This document shows positions 44,711 to 53,993 of a stretch of 64,000 nt of DNA, in pieces. The stretch's first letter is position 1. Every line of letters begins with the position of its first letter. The notes beneath the pieces were generated by a model that was given only the letters and a program-made list of their open reading frames with translations, searched no databases and had not been told where the DNA came from. Source of the DNA: Acutalibacteraceae bacterium (GTDB lineage: Bacteria > Bacillota > Clostridia > Oscillospirales > Acutalibacteraceae); NCBI GenBank assembly GCA_045539375.1, contig JAZQFG010000050.1, forward strand, positions 68,589 through 132,588. The letters are read 5' to 3'. Both the position numbers and the translations under genes were made by a program.

Positions 44711-45910
44711 TTACGTATGGGAATACAGCTTTGCCAGACCGCCCTCGGAGGTTTCGCGGTACAGGTGGGACAGATCCTTACCGGTTTGATACATGGTCTC
44801 CACCACGCAGTCAAAACTGACCTTGCGGCTGCCGTAGAGGAAATTCGCCAGACTCAGGGCGTTGATGGCCCGCATCGCCGCCACGGCGTTGCGCTCGATG
44901 CAGGGGATCTGCACCAGTCCGCAGACGGGGTCGCAGGTCAGCCCCAGATGGTGCTCCATCGCCACCTCGGCGGCGTATTCGATCTGGTCGATGCCCATCT
45001 CGAACAATTCGCACAGAGCCGCCGCCGCCATACTGCAGGCGGGGCCCACCTCGGCCTGACAGCCGCACTCGGCACCGCTGATGGAGGCGTTGGTGGCCAC
45101 GATGCTGCCTACCAGACCTGCCACTGCCAGAGCGCGGAGGATATCGTTGTCGGAGAAGCCGTTTTTATCCTGCATATATTTCAGCACCGCCGGCACGATG
45201 CCGCAGGAGCCGCAGGTGGGGGCGGTGACGATGATGCCGCAGTCGGCATTCTGCTCGCTGACCGCAAAGGCATAGGCGCACACCAGCCGGTTTTCGCGGG
45301 TCTGGGGGCTCTCGTCAATGTGCTTTTGGCTGTACAGGAACTGGGCCTTGCGCTCCACGTCCAGTCCGCCGGGCAGGATGCCGGTCTTGGTCAGTCCCTC
45401 GCTGATGGCGTTCTGCATGGTGTGCCACACGCTCAGCAGATAGGGCTTGATCTCCGGTTCCCGCTCAAACACGTAGTCGGACAGACGGATGTTCCGTGCC
45501 TTGCACAGGGTGGCGATGGCGCCGAAGGTGTTTTCAGGATACACCTCCACGGCGGTGGTGGTATCGCCGCCGTCGGTGCGGATCTCGCCGCCGCCGATGC
45601 TGTAATAGCGCTGCTTGCCCATCTCGACGCCCTTGCGATAGGCCGTAAAATCAATGGTGTTGGGGTGTATGGGGGTGGGGGAGTCGGTGTCCCAGACTAC
45701 CTCGGCGGGCACGTCCGCCAGGGTATCCAGCACCGCGCGGTCGGTGCCGTGCCCCTTACCGGTTTTGGCCAAAGAGCCGTAGAGGGTCACCCGTACGAAA
45801 TCTGCCCCATCGTGGGCGGAGATGAACTGCTGTGCCGCATAGGCGGGGCCCATGGTGTGGGAGCTGGAGGGGCCGTAGCCGATCTTATAGATATTTTTGA
45901 TGGATTGCAT
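44711..45910 (-). CDS. sdaA: L-serine ammonia-lyase (iron-sulfur dependent, single-chain)
   Basis: MQSIKNIYKIGYGPSSSHTMGP N-terminus, and the CGSCG and SGAECGCQAEVG cluster regions. The track start at 46087 runs through a terminator and into the XRE gene, so it was trimmed to 45910 (alternative 45940). Confidence 0.88.
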   Translation of the reverse strand: MQSIKNIYKIGYGPSSSHTMGPAYAAQQFISAHDGADFVRVTLYGSLAKTGKGHGTDRAVLDTLADVPAEVVWDTDSPTPIHPNTIDFTAYRKGVEMGKQRYYSIGGGEIRTDGGDTTTAVEVYPENTFGAIATLCKARNIRLSDYVFEREPEIKPYLLSVWHTMQNAISEGLTKTGILPGGLDVERKAQFLYSQKHIDESPQTRENRLVCAYAFAVSEQNADCGIIVTAPTCGSCGIVPAVLKYMQDKNGFSDNDILRALAVAGLVGSIVATNASISGAECGCQAEVGPACSMAAAALCELFEMGIDQIEYAAEVAMEHHLGLTCDPVCGLVQIPCIERNAVAAMRAINALSLANFLYGSRKVSFDCVVETMYQTGKDLSHLYRETSEGGLAKLYSHT

Positions 45911-45971
45911 CAAAATCACCTGCTTGTCATTTTTTCTCATTTTATCACGAACCCAACCTCTTTGCAACCAT

Positions 45972-46003
45972 AAAAAAGCCTCCCCGTGTGGGGAGGCTTT
46001 TTT
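45972..46003. terminator. Terminator hairpin, left copy of an identical 32-bp repeat
   Basis: AAAAAAGCCTCCCCGTGTGGGGAGGCTTTTTT. Confidence 0.8.
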
Positions 46004-46232
46004 AGTTTTCACGAAAATCAAAGAGCTTGCTGGGAGATACCTGTAACACTTCACAAATCTGAAATACCACATCCAGCGAAACGGCACAGTCTGCCGTTTC
46101 GATACGGCTCATATGGGTACGGCTGATGTTGACCCTTTCGGCTAATTGCATTTGAGAAAGACCGCACTTTTTGCGGTAATAGGCAACGTTTAAGCCCAGA
46201 TAACGGAACTTGTCTTGATGATGCATATCCAT
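46002..46232 (-). CDS. XRE-family HTH transcriptional regulator (76 aa)
   Basis: LSQMQLAERVNISRTHMSRIETADCAVSLDVVFQICEVL is a Cro/C1 HTH. Confidence 0.8.
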   Translation of the reverse strand: MDMHHQDKFRYLGLNVAYYRKKCGLSQMQLAERVNISRTHMSRIETADCAVSLDVVFQICEVLQVSPSKLFDFREN

Positions 46233-46292
46233 CGTATCACCTCAATACCAGTATACCCATCCAAACACGCAAGAGCGACAACGCTAATTGTT

Positions 46293-46321
46293 ATTTATGT
46301 AACTTGACAAGTTACATAAAT
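46293..46321. promoter_or_regulatory. 29-bp perfect palindrome (candidate XRE operator) overlapping a TTGACA -35
   Basis: ATTTATGTAACTTG-A-CAAGTTACATAAAT. TTGACA at 46304-46309, then about a 16-17 nt spacer to TGTGTAATAAT. Confidence 0.5.
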
Positions 46322-46362
46322 TGTGTAATAATACACGAGATAGGGATACGAAAAGAGGTGAG

Positions 46363-47085
46363 GTGGATTTGTATTCAACCATCATTATTATCATCGCGGG
46401 CGTCTGTGCTTTGTTTGCGATGGGACTGTTTGTGAAGGCGGGTTTTCTAAGAAAGATTTTAGTAAAGTTAGGTGTTGCGGAACAGCGGGGGAAAGTCAAT
46501 TGGACCGCTTTTTCGTGGGAAACTTGTCTTAAGAAAATGGATTGCCGGGCCGATGTGGTATTCTTTGGCGATTCTATTGTGCAGGGCGGCAATTTTCACC
46601 TCGCTTTCCCAGAGTATAAGATCGTCAATTTAGGGCTCGGCGGCGATACTTTGTCAGGTATGTGTGGACGGGTATCCACAGTGCAGGCATTACAACCGCA
46701 AAAAGTGTTTTGCCTTGGCGGTATTAATGGATTAACCGACTGGAACGGTAAAATGAGTTTAAAGACCTATCGACGGTTACTAACACGGTTACGAGAAGAG
46801 TTGCCATTCGCTGAGATTTATGTGCATAGTTTGTTCCCGGTGACGAAAAGTAGAGAACGTGGTCTATGTAAAAACAGCACTATCCTATGGTTTAATCGTG
46901 AGGTTGAAAAGATGGCAAAAGAAATGGGCGTTAACTATATTGATATTCACAGTCGGTATGTTATGGAGGGTGTGATGAATCCTGCGTATTGTCAGAAAGA
47001 TGGTCTGCATATTGCCAATGCCGGATATGCATTGTGGTATGAGGAGTTAAAAGCGTACTTACCTACTATTGCAGAAAAAAAGTAA
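46363..47085 (+). CDS. SGNH/GDSL-family hydrolase with N-terminal membrane anchor
   Basis: Block I FFGDSIVQGG, block II LGLGGDT, block III GGINGL, block V DGLHI. The start is GTG 46363 or TTG 46369, after GAGGTGAG. The track start at 46321 lies inside the promoter/palindrome. Confidence 0.75.
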   Translation: MDLYSTIIIIIAGVCALFAMGLFVKAGFLRKILVKLGVAEQRGKVNWTAFSWETCLKKMDCRADVVFFGDSIVQGGNFHLAFPEYKIVNLGLGGDTLSGMCGRVSTVQALQPQKVFCLGGINGLTDWNGKMSLKTYRRLLTRLREELPFAEIYVHSLFPVTKSRERGLCKNSTILWFNREVEKMAKEMGVNYIDIHSRYVMEGVMNPAYCQKDGLHIANAGYALWYEELKAYLPTIAEKK

Positions 47086-47117
47086 AAAAGCCTCCCCGTG
47101 TGGGGAGGCTTTTTTTA
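47084..47117. terminator. Terminator hairpin, right copy of the identical 32-bp repeat
   Basis: AAAAAAGCCTCCCCGTGTGGGGAGGCTTTTTTT, between the convergent SGNH and acyltransferase genes. Confidence 0.8.
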
Positions 47118-48221
47118 CTGATCGGTTTTGGCAAGATCCCGGATGCGGGTCAGCAGGGCGGCGCCGCCCCGATACAAAAGCTCCAGCACCCCGGACAGCA
47201 GCAGCGAGCACACAAACACCGTGATAACGATTTGCGGCATATAATTGAGCCGTAGGGGCATGGCGGTGATGCAGGTGTTCAGCATACCATAGAAGATCTG
47301 ATCGAAGATCCAGGACACCAGATAGGCGCCAAAGGACAACTCGGAAATAACACGGAACACCGCCGCAGCCCATCGGGGGAAGCGGTCGTACCGCAGATTG
47401 TCAAAAAAGGCGAAGAACAGCACCGCCTGCGCCACCACCAGTAGCGAGCCGTACTGTTGCCAGCCACCCTGGACAAAGAGGGAGCCGTAGGAGCGATACA
47501 CGTTAAAGGCACCGTTTACCGCAAACAGCACTACCGACAACAGGGCGATGGTGCGGCTGCGTAGGCGGAGCGGGAACTCCCGCAGATAACAGCCGAGAAA
47601 ATAATAGGTGATGGGGTACAGTCCGGTCCAGTAGGAAGGCACCAGCTTGTGGTAATCCGTGGAGGAGGTGGGGTTGGCAAACCAGCCCAGATCGGGGATG
47701 AAGATGTTCAGCACGTAGGGCAGGGCGGTCAGAAACAAGAGGGTCAGTAGCAAAATCCGCTTTTCCTTTTTGCCGTTCAGATGGTTGTACAGCACGTTCA
47801 GCAGGGGCGCCAGCAGGAACAGCCCGATATACATCTCCACGTACCACGCATAGGGGGCGTTGGTATAGGCGAAAAAGCCGCGGATAAAGGGTAGCCACGC
47901 AAAGGGGGCACCGCCGGCCAGCACCCGATACACCACACAGCATACTGAGGCCAGCACGTAGATGACTAGGATGTATCCGATCTTTCCGTAATAGGCACGG
48001 CTGATGGTCTTGCGGCACATCAGATAGCCGGTGAGCAGCATAAACAGGGGCACACAGATCATGCAGAATGCCCGTAGCAGGGTCATTACGATCATACGTG
48101 TGCCCTCAACGGGCTGCCGATAATAGCCGTTGTTGTAAAAGAAATGCACCGCCACCACCAAAAACAGGGCGCAGCTGCGGATGATATCCATGGCCGGCTT
48201 GCGGGTGTTTTGCTCTGCCAT
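47115..48221 (-). CDS. Acyltransferase family 3 membrane protein (O-acetyltransferase)
   Basis: About 368 aa, 10 or more TM segments, N-terminal MDIIRSCALFLVVAVHFF, typical of Acyl_transf_3. The ATG at 48221 follows GAGGAGG. Confidence 0.85.
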   Translation of the reverse strand: MAEQNTRKPAMDIIRSCALFLVVAVHFFYNNGYYRQPVEGTRMIVMTLLRAFCMICVPLFMLLTGYLMCRKTISRAYYGKIGYILVIYVLASVCCVVYRVLAGGAPFAWLPFIRGFFAYTNAPYAWYVEMYIGLFLLAPLLNVLYNHLNGKKEKRILLLTLLFLTALPYVLNIFIPDLGWFANPTSSTDYHKLVPSYWTGLYPITYYFLGCYLREFPLRLRSRTIALLSVVLFAVNGAFNVYRSYGSLFVQGGWQQYGSLLVVAQAVLFFAFFDNLRYDRFPRWAAAVFRVISELSFGAYLVSWIFDQIFYGMLNTCITAMPLRLNYMPQIVITVFVCSLLLSGVLELLYRGGAALLTRIRDLAKTDQ

Positions 48222-48364
48222 AAACAACGCCTCCTCTTCTGTTTATCAGTGTATCACGGAATGATGCTGTTTGCAACAGCAAGATGATAGGGCGGTGCTG
48301 TCGAAAGCGGGTGGATGTTTCGACAATAAAAGTACATTTTAATTAAATAAATAAATAATTATTA

Positions 48365-48393
48365 TTGAAAACCAAAAAGCATTGTATTATAAT
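48365..48393 (+). promoter_or_regulatory. Candidate sigma-A promoter of the polysaccharide operon
   Basis: TTGAAA, 17-nt spacer, then TATAAT, in a very AT-rich stretch about 125 nt upstream of the first gene. Confidence 0.5.
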
Positions 48394-48516
48394 GATATCA
48401 TGACCGTAGTGTCGGTTCGTGCGTTCATACAGCGCGAAACAGTGTCCCGATACCTATCGGGAACAAGGATGAAAAGGACCGAGAACGATCGGAAAAACTG
48501 CTGAAGGAGCATGGCA

Positions 48517-49293
48517 ATGGAAAGAGCAGATAAAAACATAAAAGATTATTACGTTGTAGATCTTGCGCACATCGTTAAGGTAGTGTGGCAGCGCATTTGG
48601 GCGGTTGCCTTTGTCAGTATTCTGACCACGGTGATCGGCTTCTCGCTGGCGGCGTTTATCATCCCGCCCACCTATTCCTCCTCGATTATGCTGTACGTCA
48701 ATAACAGCTCGTTCAACGTGGGGGATCTGGGCTTCAGCATCAGCTCCTCCGAGCTGACGGCAGCCCACAGTCTGGCTAAGACCTATACCGTGCTGCTGAA
48801 AAACCGCACCACTCTGGAGCGGCTGATTGATGAGACCGGTGTGGATTACGACTGGAAAGAGATCTACGATATGATCGAATCCGGCCCCGTAGAGGAGACG
48901 GAGGTAATGCAGGTGACGGTGACCTGCCGCAATCCTTATGAGGCAGAGCGCATCGCCAACGGAATTGCTACGGTACTGCCCCAGCGGATCACCGAGATCG
49001 TAGAGGGCGCCACCATGGAGGTAGTGGATTCTGCCATCGCCGAAACGGACAAGGTTGCCCCCAGTATTGCATTGTATACTGCCGTAGGCTTCTTGCTTGG
49101 CGCAATGCTGTCGCTGCTGGTGCTGATCATCATCGCGCTGATGGATAACACCGTCCATGACGAGGAATACATTATTCGGACCTACGACTACCCGATTCTG
49201 GCTAAGGTGCCGAATCTGAACGGTGCCGGCGGCAAGAAATATGCGTATGTTTCCAGCCGTAGCAATGGGAAGGGAGCGAATCATCATGCTTAA
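48517..49293 (+). CDS. Wzz/CpsC-type polysaccharide chain-length determinant (BY-kinase modulator)
   Basis: Two TM segments flanking a periplasmic-type loop. PTYSSSIMLYV is a Wzz motif. ATG 7 nt after GAAGGAG. Confidence 0.85.
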   Translation: MERADKNIKDYYVVDLAHIVKVVWQRIWAVAFVSILTTVIGFSLAAFIIPPTYSSSIMLYVNNSSFNVGDLGFSISSSELTAAHSLAKTYTVLLKNRTTLERLIDETGVDYDWKEIYDMIESGPVEETEVMQVTVTCRNPYEAERIANGIATVLPQRITEIVEGATMEVVDSAIAETDKVAPSIALYTAVGFLLGAMLSLLVLIIIALMDNTVHDEEYIIRTYDYPILAKVPNLNGAGGKKYAYVSSRSNGKGANHHA

Positions 49294-50056
49294 ACTGAAA
49301 AACGTAAAACACAAGAGCAGCTTCCTCTCGCTGACGGACGACCAGAAGACGTTGCATAAGAATCTGGAATTCACGGCGGTGGAGCAGTACAAACTGTTGC
49401 GTACCAACCTGTCCTTCACCCTGCCGGAGAGTGAGGGCTGTAAGATCATCGGTGTCACCAGCTCCATCCGTGGTGAGGGAAAGAGTACAACGGCGGTCAA
49501 TCTGTCGTATGTGCTGGCCGAAAGCGGTAAGCGGGTCGCACTGATCGACGGCGACCTGCGCATTCCTTCGGTGGCGAAGAAAATGAAGATTGCCAGCACT
49601 CCCGGTCTGACCGACCTGCTGCGGGGCGAGGCGGCAGTCAATCTGGCGGAGTTCAAATCGCCCCATCTGTCGAACTGGTACATTATTCCGTCCGGCATCC
49701 TGCCTCCCAATCCTTCTGAGCTGTTGGGCTCCAAGCGGATGGAAGCCACGCTGAAGAGCTTGTCCGCCCACTTTGATTATATCATCGTGGACCTGCCGCC
49801 CATCAACATCGTTTCCGATGCTCTGGCCATCTCCAATTATATCCACGGTATGATCGTGGTGGTCCGTGAGGATTATACGGAGAAGAAAGAACTGGAGAAC
49901 TGCTTCCGTCAGTTACGCTTGTCCAATGTAAACGTGCTGGGCTGTGTTATGAACGAAACCAAGGACGGCAAGGGGTATTACAGCAAATACCGCTATAAGC
50001 GCTATTATCGCTATTACAAGACCTACGGAAATTACGATTCCAAGGAAAACCGCTGA
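49286..50056 (+). CDS. CpsD/YwqD-type bacterial tyrosine kinase
   Basis: Walker A SSIRGEGKST, A' LIDGDLR, B IIVDLPP, and a C-terminal tyrosine cluster YYSKYRYKRYYRYYKTYGNY. Overlaps the Wzz stop. Confidence 0.9.
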   Translation: MLKLKNVKHKSSFLSLTDDQKTLHKNLEFTAVEQYKLLRTNLSFTLPESEGCKIIGVTSSIRGEGKSTTAVNLSYVLAESGKRVALIDGDLRIPSVAKKMKIASTPGLTDLLRGEAAVNLAEFKSPHLSNWYIIPSGILPPNPSELLGSKRMEATLKSLSAHFDYIIVDLPPINIVSDALAISNYIHGMIVVVREDYTEKKELENCFRQLRLSNVNVLGCVMNETKDGKGYYSKYRYKRYYRYYKTYGNYDSKENR

Positions 50057-50098
50057 TCGGTTTTCGATAGGAGCAGATCAAGATGGGAGGGAGCCTTT

Positions 50099-51097
50099 AT
50101 GCACCGACACAGACATAACAAAGATACACGCGATACGGTTTTAAAGATCGCAGCAGTGGTGTTTGCCGCCCTCTTGCTGTTGTCCTGCATTCTCTTTGCT
50201 CTGGATCTGTGGGAGAGAAACCACAGTGCCTATCACGACGGTCCTGCTCCGATGGAAGATACGCTAACCTACAACGGCGTGAAATACACGTTGCGAGAGG
50301 ATATTGAAACGCTGCTCCTTATTGGTCTAGATACCTATGAGGATGACGGGATCGAATCCTACAACAATCATAAGCAAGCGGATTTTCTGCTGTTACTGGT
50401 AGTGGATCATCAGTTGGATACCTTCCGTGCTATTCACATTAACCGTGATACGATGGCAGAATTTAACATTTTGGGTGTGGCGGGTGACCGCATCGGTACC
50501 ACCACCCGACAGATTGCTTTGTCCCATACGTACGGCAACGGGCGGGAGGTCAGCTGCCGCAACACAGCGAATGCTGTTTCCACCCTGCTGGGTATCGATG
50601 TGGATCATTACGTATCGGTGACCATGGATGCTGTTCCGGTCTACAATGATCTGGTTGGTGGCGTCACCGTTGAGGTGCTGGATGATTTTACCGGTATTGA
50701 TGATGCTTTGGTGCAGGGCACGACGGTTACCCTGACAGGAGAATCCGCTCTGCGCTACGTGCGAGCCCGCTATGGCCTGGAGGATCCGACCAACACCCAC
50801 CGTATGAAACGGCAAAAGCAGTATTTAGAGGCGCTGTATGAGCGTACCCGCCTGCGTGTCCGGGAGGATGAATCCTTTGTGTCCCGGGCGGCCTTGGTGA
50901 TGACCGATTATTTGGTGTCCGACTGCTCTGCCAATAAATTAGAAAGTATGATGTCTCGTTTCGCTGAGCATCAGCTGGACGCGATCTACTCCATTGAGGG
51001 AGAGACGGTAGCGGGCGCTGAATTCGCAGAGTTTTATCCCGACGAAGCCTCCCTCCGTCAGGTGGTTATTGATTGCTTCTATCAACCGAAAAACTAA
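50099..51097 (+). CDS. LytR-CpsA-Psr (LCP) family glycopolymer transferase
   Basis: N-terminal TM. LLIGLDTYED...KQADFLLLLVVD and R-rich LCP core motifs. Confidence 0.85.
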   Translation: MHRHRHNKDTRDTVLKIAAVVFAALLLLSCILFALDLWERNHSAYHDGPAPMEDTLTYNGVKYTLREDIETLLLIGLDTYEDDGIESYNNHKQADFLLLLVVDHQLDTFRAIHINRDTMAEFNILGVAGDRIGTTTRQIALSHTYGNGREVSCRNTANAVSTLLGIDVDHYVSVTMDAVPVYNDLVGGVTVEVLDDFTGIDDALVQGTTVTLTGESALRYVRARYGLEDPTNTHRMKRQKQYLEALYERTRLRVREDESFVSRAALVMTDYLVSDCSANKLESMMSRFAEHQLDAIYSIEGETVAGAEFAEFYPDEASLRQVVIDCFYQPKN

Positions 51098-51129
51098 CAA
51101 ACTTATACAATGATCAAAGAAAGGAAGTG

Positions 51130-51822
51130 ATGGACTTGGCTATGACACCCCCTGCAGATGCAGAAGAAACAGCGGTGATTCTCCCCTGCGAAAGCGATGA
51201 GGAGTTTTTCGTTGAGGATCTGGGCGTGATTGAGGAAAAGCCGGTCTATTCTTTCCTGAAACGCACGTTTGATATTGTCTTTTCTCTGTTTTTCTTTGTA
51301 CTGCTGCTGTTGCCGATGCTGGTCATTGCGCTGTTGGTATGGTGCACGTCTAAGGGCCCAATCTTCTATCATCAGGAGCGATTGGGTCTAAACGGAGTCA
51401 AAATTGACGTCATTAAATTCCGCACCATGCGTGAGGATGCGGAGCGGGACGGTATTCGTTGGTCGATGGGGGAGGAAGACCCCCGCATTACGCCCTTGGG
51501 GCGGGTGTTGCGGCGGTCGCGTTTGGATGAACTGCCCCAGCTCTGGTGTATTTTAAAAGGGGAAATGAGTGTGGTAGGCCCCCGCCCGGAGCGGGAGGCG
51601 TATTACCGTCGCTTTGAGCAATACATACACGGCTTCAGCGAGCGCTTGAAGGTCAAGCCCGGCCTGACCGGTCTGGCGCAGGTGCGCGGTGGCTATTATC
51701 TGATGCCCCAAGAGAAGATATTATACGATGTGGAATATATCAAGAGCCGTTCCGTGTGGCTGGATCTAAAGATCGTTTTTGAAACGGTAAAGGTTGTGTT
51801 CTGCGGCGAGGGCGCGAAATGA
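51130..51822 (+). CDS. Undecaprenyl-phosphate sugar phosphotransferase (bacterial sugar transferase, priming enzyme)
   Basis: KRTFDIVFSL..., GPIFYHQERLG, KFRTM, DELPQLW, MSVVGPRP. Confidence 0.9.
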   Translation: MDLAMTPPADAEETAVILPCESDEEFFVEDLGVIEEKPVYSFLKRTFDIVFSLFFFVLLLLPMLVIALLVWCTSKGPIFYHQERLGLNGVKIDVIKFRTMREDAERDGIRWSMGEEDPRITPLGRVLRRSRLDELPQLWCILKGEMSVVGPRPEREAYYRRFEQYIHGFSERLKVKPGLTGLAQVRGGYYLMPQEKILYDVEYIKSRSVWLDLKIVFETVKVVFCGEGAK

Positions 51823-51835
51823 GGATGCCGTATTT

Positions 51836-53173
51836 ATGGTGACAATTCAACGAAAAACTGTGTTTTTATGTGCCTGCTTTTTAGAGGCGTTTTGGCTGTT
51901 GCTGGCGCAGACCTTAGGCAGTACGATGCTGTTGCTGCCGTGTTTGGTTTGTTTTCTGGCGTTGGTGGTATGGGCCGCCGTGCAGGATATGGCTATGCCG
52001 GTGCTGTTGTTCTTTTTACCCTTTGCAGCATTACTAAAAGTGGCGCCGGGCACGATCTCCTTTTACACGCTGGCGTTGCTGGTTGTGTACGGGGTCTGTG
52101 TGGTGCTTAAGAGCCGTCAGGTACCGATCGTTCATTTGATTCCTGCACTGCTTTTGATCGCGCAGACGTTGATCGTTAAGGTTTCTTACGGATATTCCTT
52201 CAGCAACAGTTATGTTTTGTTTTGCGCCACTTTGTTGCTGATTCCTTTTATTAAGCAGGCGCTGGACGGAGCATACGATTATTACTGGCTCACCCTTTGC
52301 TTCACGTTGGGCGTTGTGCTGGCGGCGATCACTTCGCAATATCTGACGGCATATCCGTCGATTGCTCAGTACATCGAAACGATCGATATGGTGAGTTACA
52401 CACGTCATTCCGGTTATTACGGCGACCCTAATTTCTATTCGGCGATCATTACCACCGCCATGAGCGGCGTTTTGGTGCTTCTCTCCAATCAAGGAAAAAA
52501 GAGCCGTGTGATTGCGTTGGTGCTGACCGTGCTGCTACTGGTATATTGCGGCTTGTTGTCGGTATCCAAGACGTTCCTGTTGGTGGCGGTATGTCTGTTC
52601 CTGTTTTGGGGCGCCGATCTGATGTTCCAAAAAGGAAAACTGTCTGCGAAACTGACCATGATTATTATCACGATCATAGCGATCTGCTTTTTGCTGTCCT
52701 CCACGGTGTTTACGGATCTGATCAGCGTAGCATTATCCCGTTTCAGTCGGGATGCCAACCTGTCCGACTTTACCACGGGACGCACCGACCTGTGGCTCAA
52801 TTACCTGCGTGCGTTGGGTAGCGATCCGAAGCTGCTGCTGTTTGGCAGCGGATACACAAAGGTGGAGGTCGGCGGCCGTGCTTCCCACAACACCATCATT
52901 CAGATGGTATATCAATTCGGTTTGGTCGGCAGTGTGTTTTTGGTGTCTTGGATCGTCTGTTTCGTGCGGACGCTGTTGGCGGATATGCGCCGTTCTCGCG
53001 TACGGTTGGCGCAGGTTGCCATCCTTCTGCTGGGGGCGTTTGGCCCGTGGATCGCACTGGACTATCTGTTCTTTGATGAATTTTTCTTGTTTATTGTCTA
53101 CGTATGTATTGCCCTGCGCTATCTGGTGGATCAATCGGTGGCGACAGAGAGCCTGATGGAAGGAAATGAATGA
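51836..53173 (+). CDS. O-antigen polymerase/ligase family (Wzy) membrane protein
   Basis: About 445 aa, at least 10 TM segments, with a large loop and an ASHNTIIQMVYQFGLVG Wzy_C-type motif. Confidence 0.75.
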   Translation: MVTIQRKTVFLCACFLEAFWLLLAQTLGSTMLLLPCLVCFLALVVWAAVQDMAMPVLLFFLPFAALLKVAPGTISFYTLALLVVYGVCVVLKSRQVPIVHLIPALLLIAQTLIVKVSYGYSFSNSYVLFCATLLLIPFIKQALDGAYDYYWLTLCFTLGVVLAAITSQYLTAYPSIAQYIETIDMVSYTRHSGYYGDPNFYSAIITTAMSGVLVLLSNQGKKSRVIALVLTVLLLVYCGLLSVSKTFLLVAVCLFLFWGADLMFQKGKLSAKLTMIIITIIAICFLLSSTVFTDLISVALSRFSRDANLSDFTTGRTDLWLNYLRALGSDPKLLLFGSGYTKVEVGGRASHNTIIQMVYQFGLVGSVFLVSWIVCFVRTLLADMRRSRVRLAQVAILLLGAFGPWIALDYLFFDEFFLFIVYVCIALRYLVDQSVATESLMEGNE

Positions 53174-53993
53174 CGAAGCTATGAATGCCTATGCAGAGAA
53201 CGTGGCGGCGCCGACAGTATCGGTGCTGATGCCTGTCTATAATTGTGCGCTCTACGTGGAAGAGGCCATTCGCTCTGTGATGGTGCAAACCTATACGGAT
53301 TGGGAACTGATCGTCATTGACGATGGTTCCACGGATAACACCCGTGCCATCGTCCAACGTCTGTCTGACGAGGACGCGCGCGTGCGGTTGATCTGCAATC
53401 CCGCCAATATGGGCGTGGCGAAAACCCGTAACCGAGGTTTGGATCTGTGTGGCGGGCAGTATGTGGCGCTGTTGGATGGGGATGACCGCTGGTATCCCAC
53501 CAAGCTGGAAAAACAGCTTGCTTTGGCTGAGGAGACGGAGGCCGACATCATCTATTGCTCCTACGGTATGGAGGATGAAAACAGTGAAAAACTGTGTGAG
53601 GACTTTATAGTACCGGAGGAAACCGACTATCGACGGATGCTGGTACAGTCTGTGATCAGTTGTTCTACGGCATTGCTGTCCCGCCGTGTTGCGGATACCT
53701 ACCGCTTCCGCACCGATTTTTATCACGAGGATCTGGTTCTGTGGCTGGAAATGCTGCGGGATGGGCATCAAGCACGGGGTGTCACCGAGGTGCTGGCTGT
53801 GTATCGGGTGGCTCGCGGGTCCCGTGCCTCGAATAAACTGAAAAGTGCGGTAGAACGCTTTAAGATCTATCACAATTGCTTGGGCGAGCCGTTGCTGCAG
53901 TGCGTGCGATGCATTGTGGAGTATGCGTTCCTGGCCACCAAGAAGTACAAAAAGTGCAATGATACGAGAAGGGAGCAGCATGCCGTTGTTTGA
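53166..53993 (+). CDS. GT2 family glycosyltransferase
   Basis: VSVLMPVYNCALYVEEAIRSVMVQTY.DWELIVIDDGSTD and DGDD motifs. Confidence 0.9.
   Translation: MNDEAMNAYAENVAAPTVSVLMPVYNCALYVEEAIRSVMVQTYTDWELIVIDDGSTDNTRAIVQRLSDEDARVRLICNPANMGVAKTRNRGLDLCGGQYVALLDGDDRWYPTKLEKQLALAEETEADIIYCSYGMEDENSEKLCEDFIVPEETDYRRMLVQSVISCSTALLSRRVADTYRFRTDFYHEDLVLWLEMLRDGHQARGVTEVLAVYRVARGSRASNKLKSAVERFKIYHNCLGEPLLQCVRCIVEYAFLATKKYKKCNDTRREQHAVV

Noticed and set aside
44717-45973. 418-aa plus-strand ORF
   Set aside because: Antisense to the L-serine dehydratase gene.
48454-49749. 431-aa minus-strand ORF (and 49202-49846, 53091-53981, 54724-55341, 55833-56870, 62168-63406)
   Set aside because: All are antisense to well-supported polysaccharide-locus or surface-protein genes that have RBSs and family motifs.
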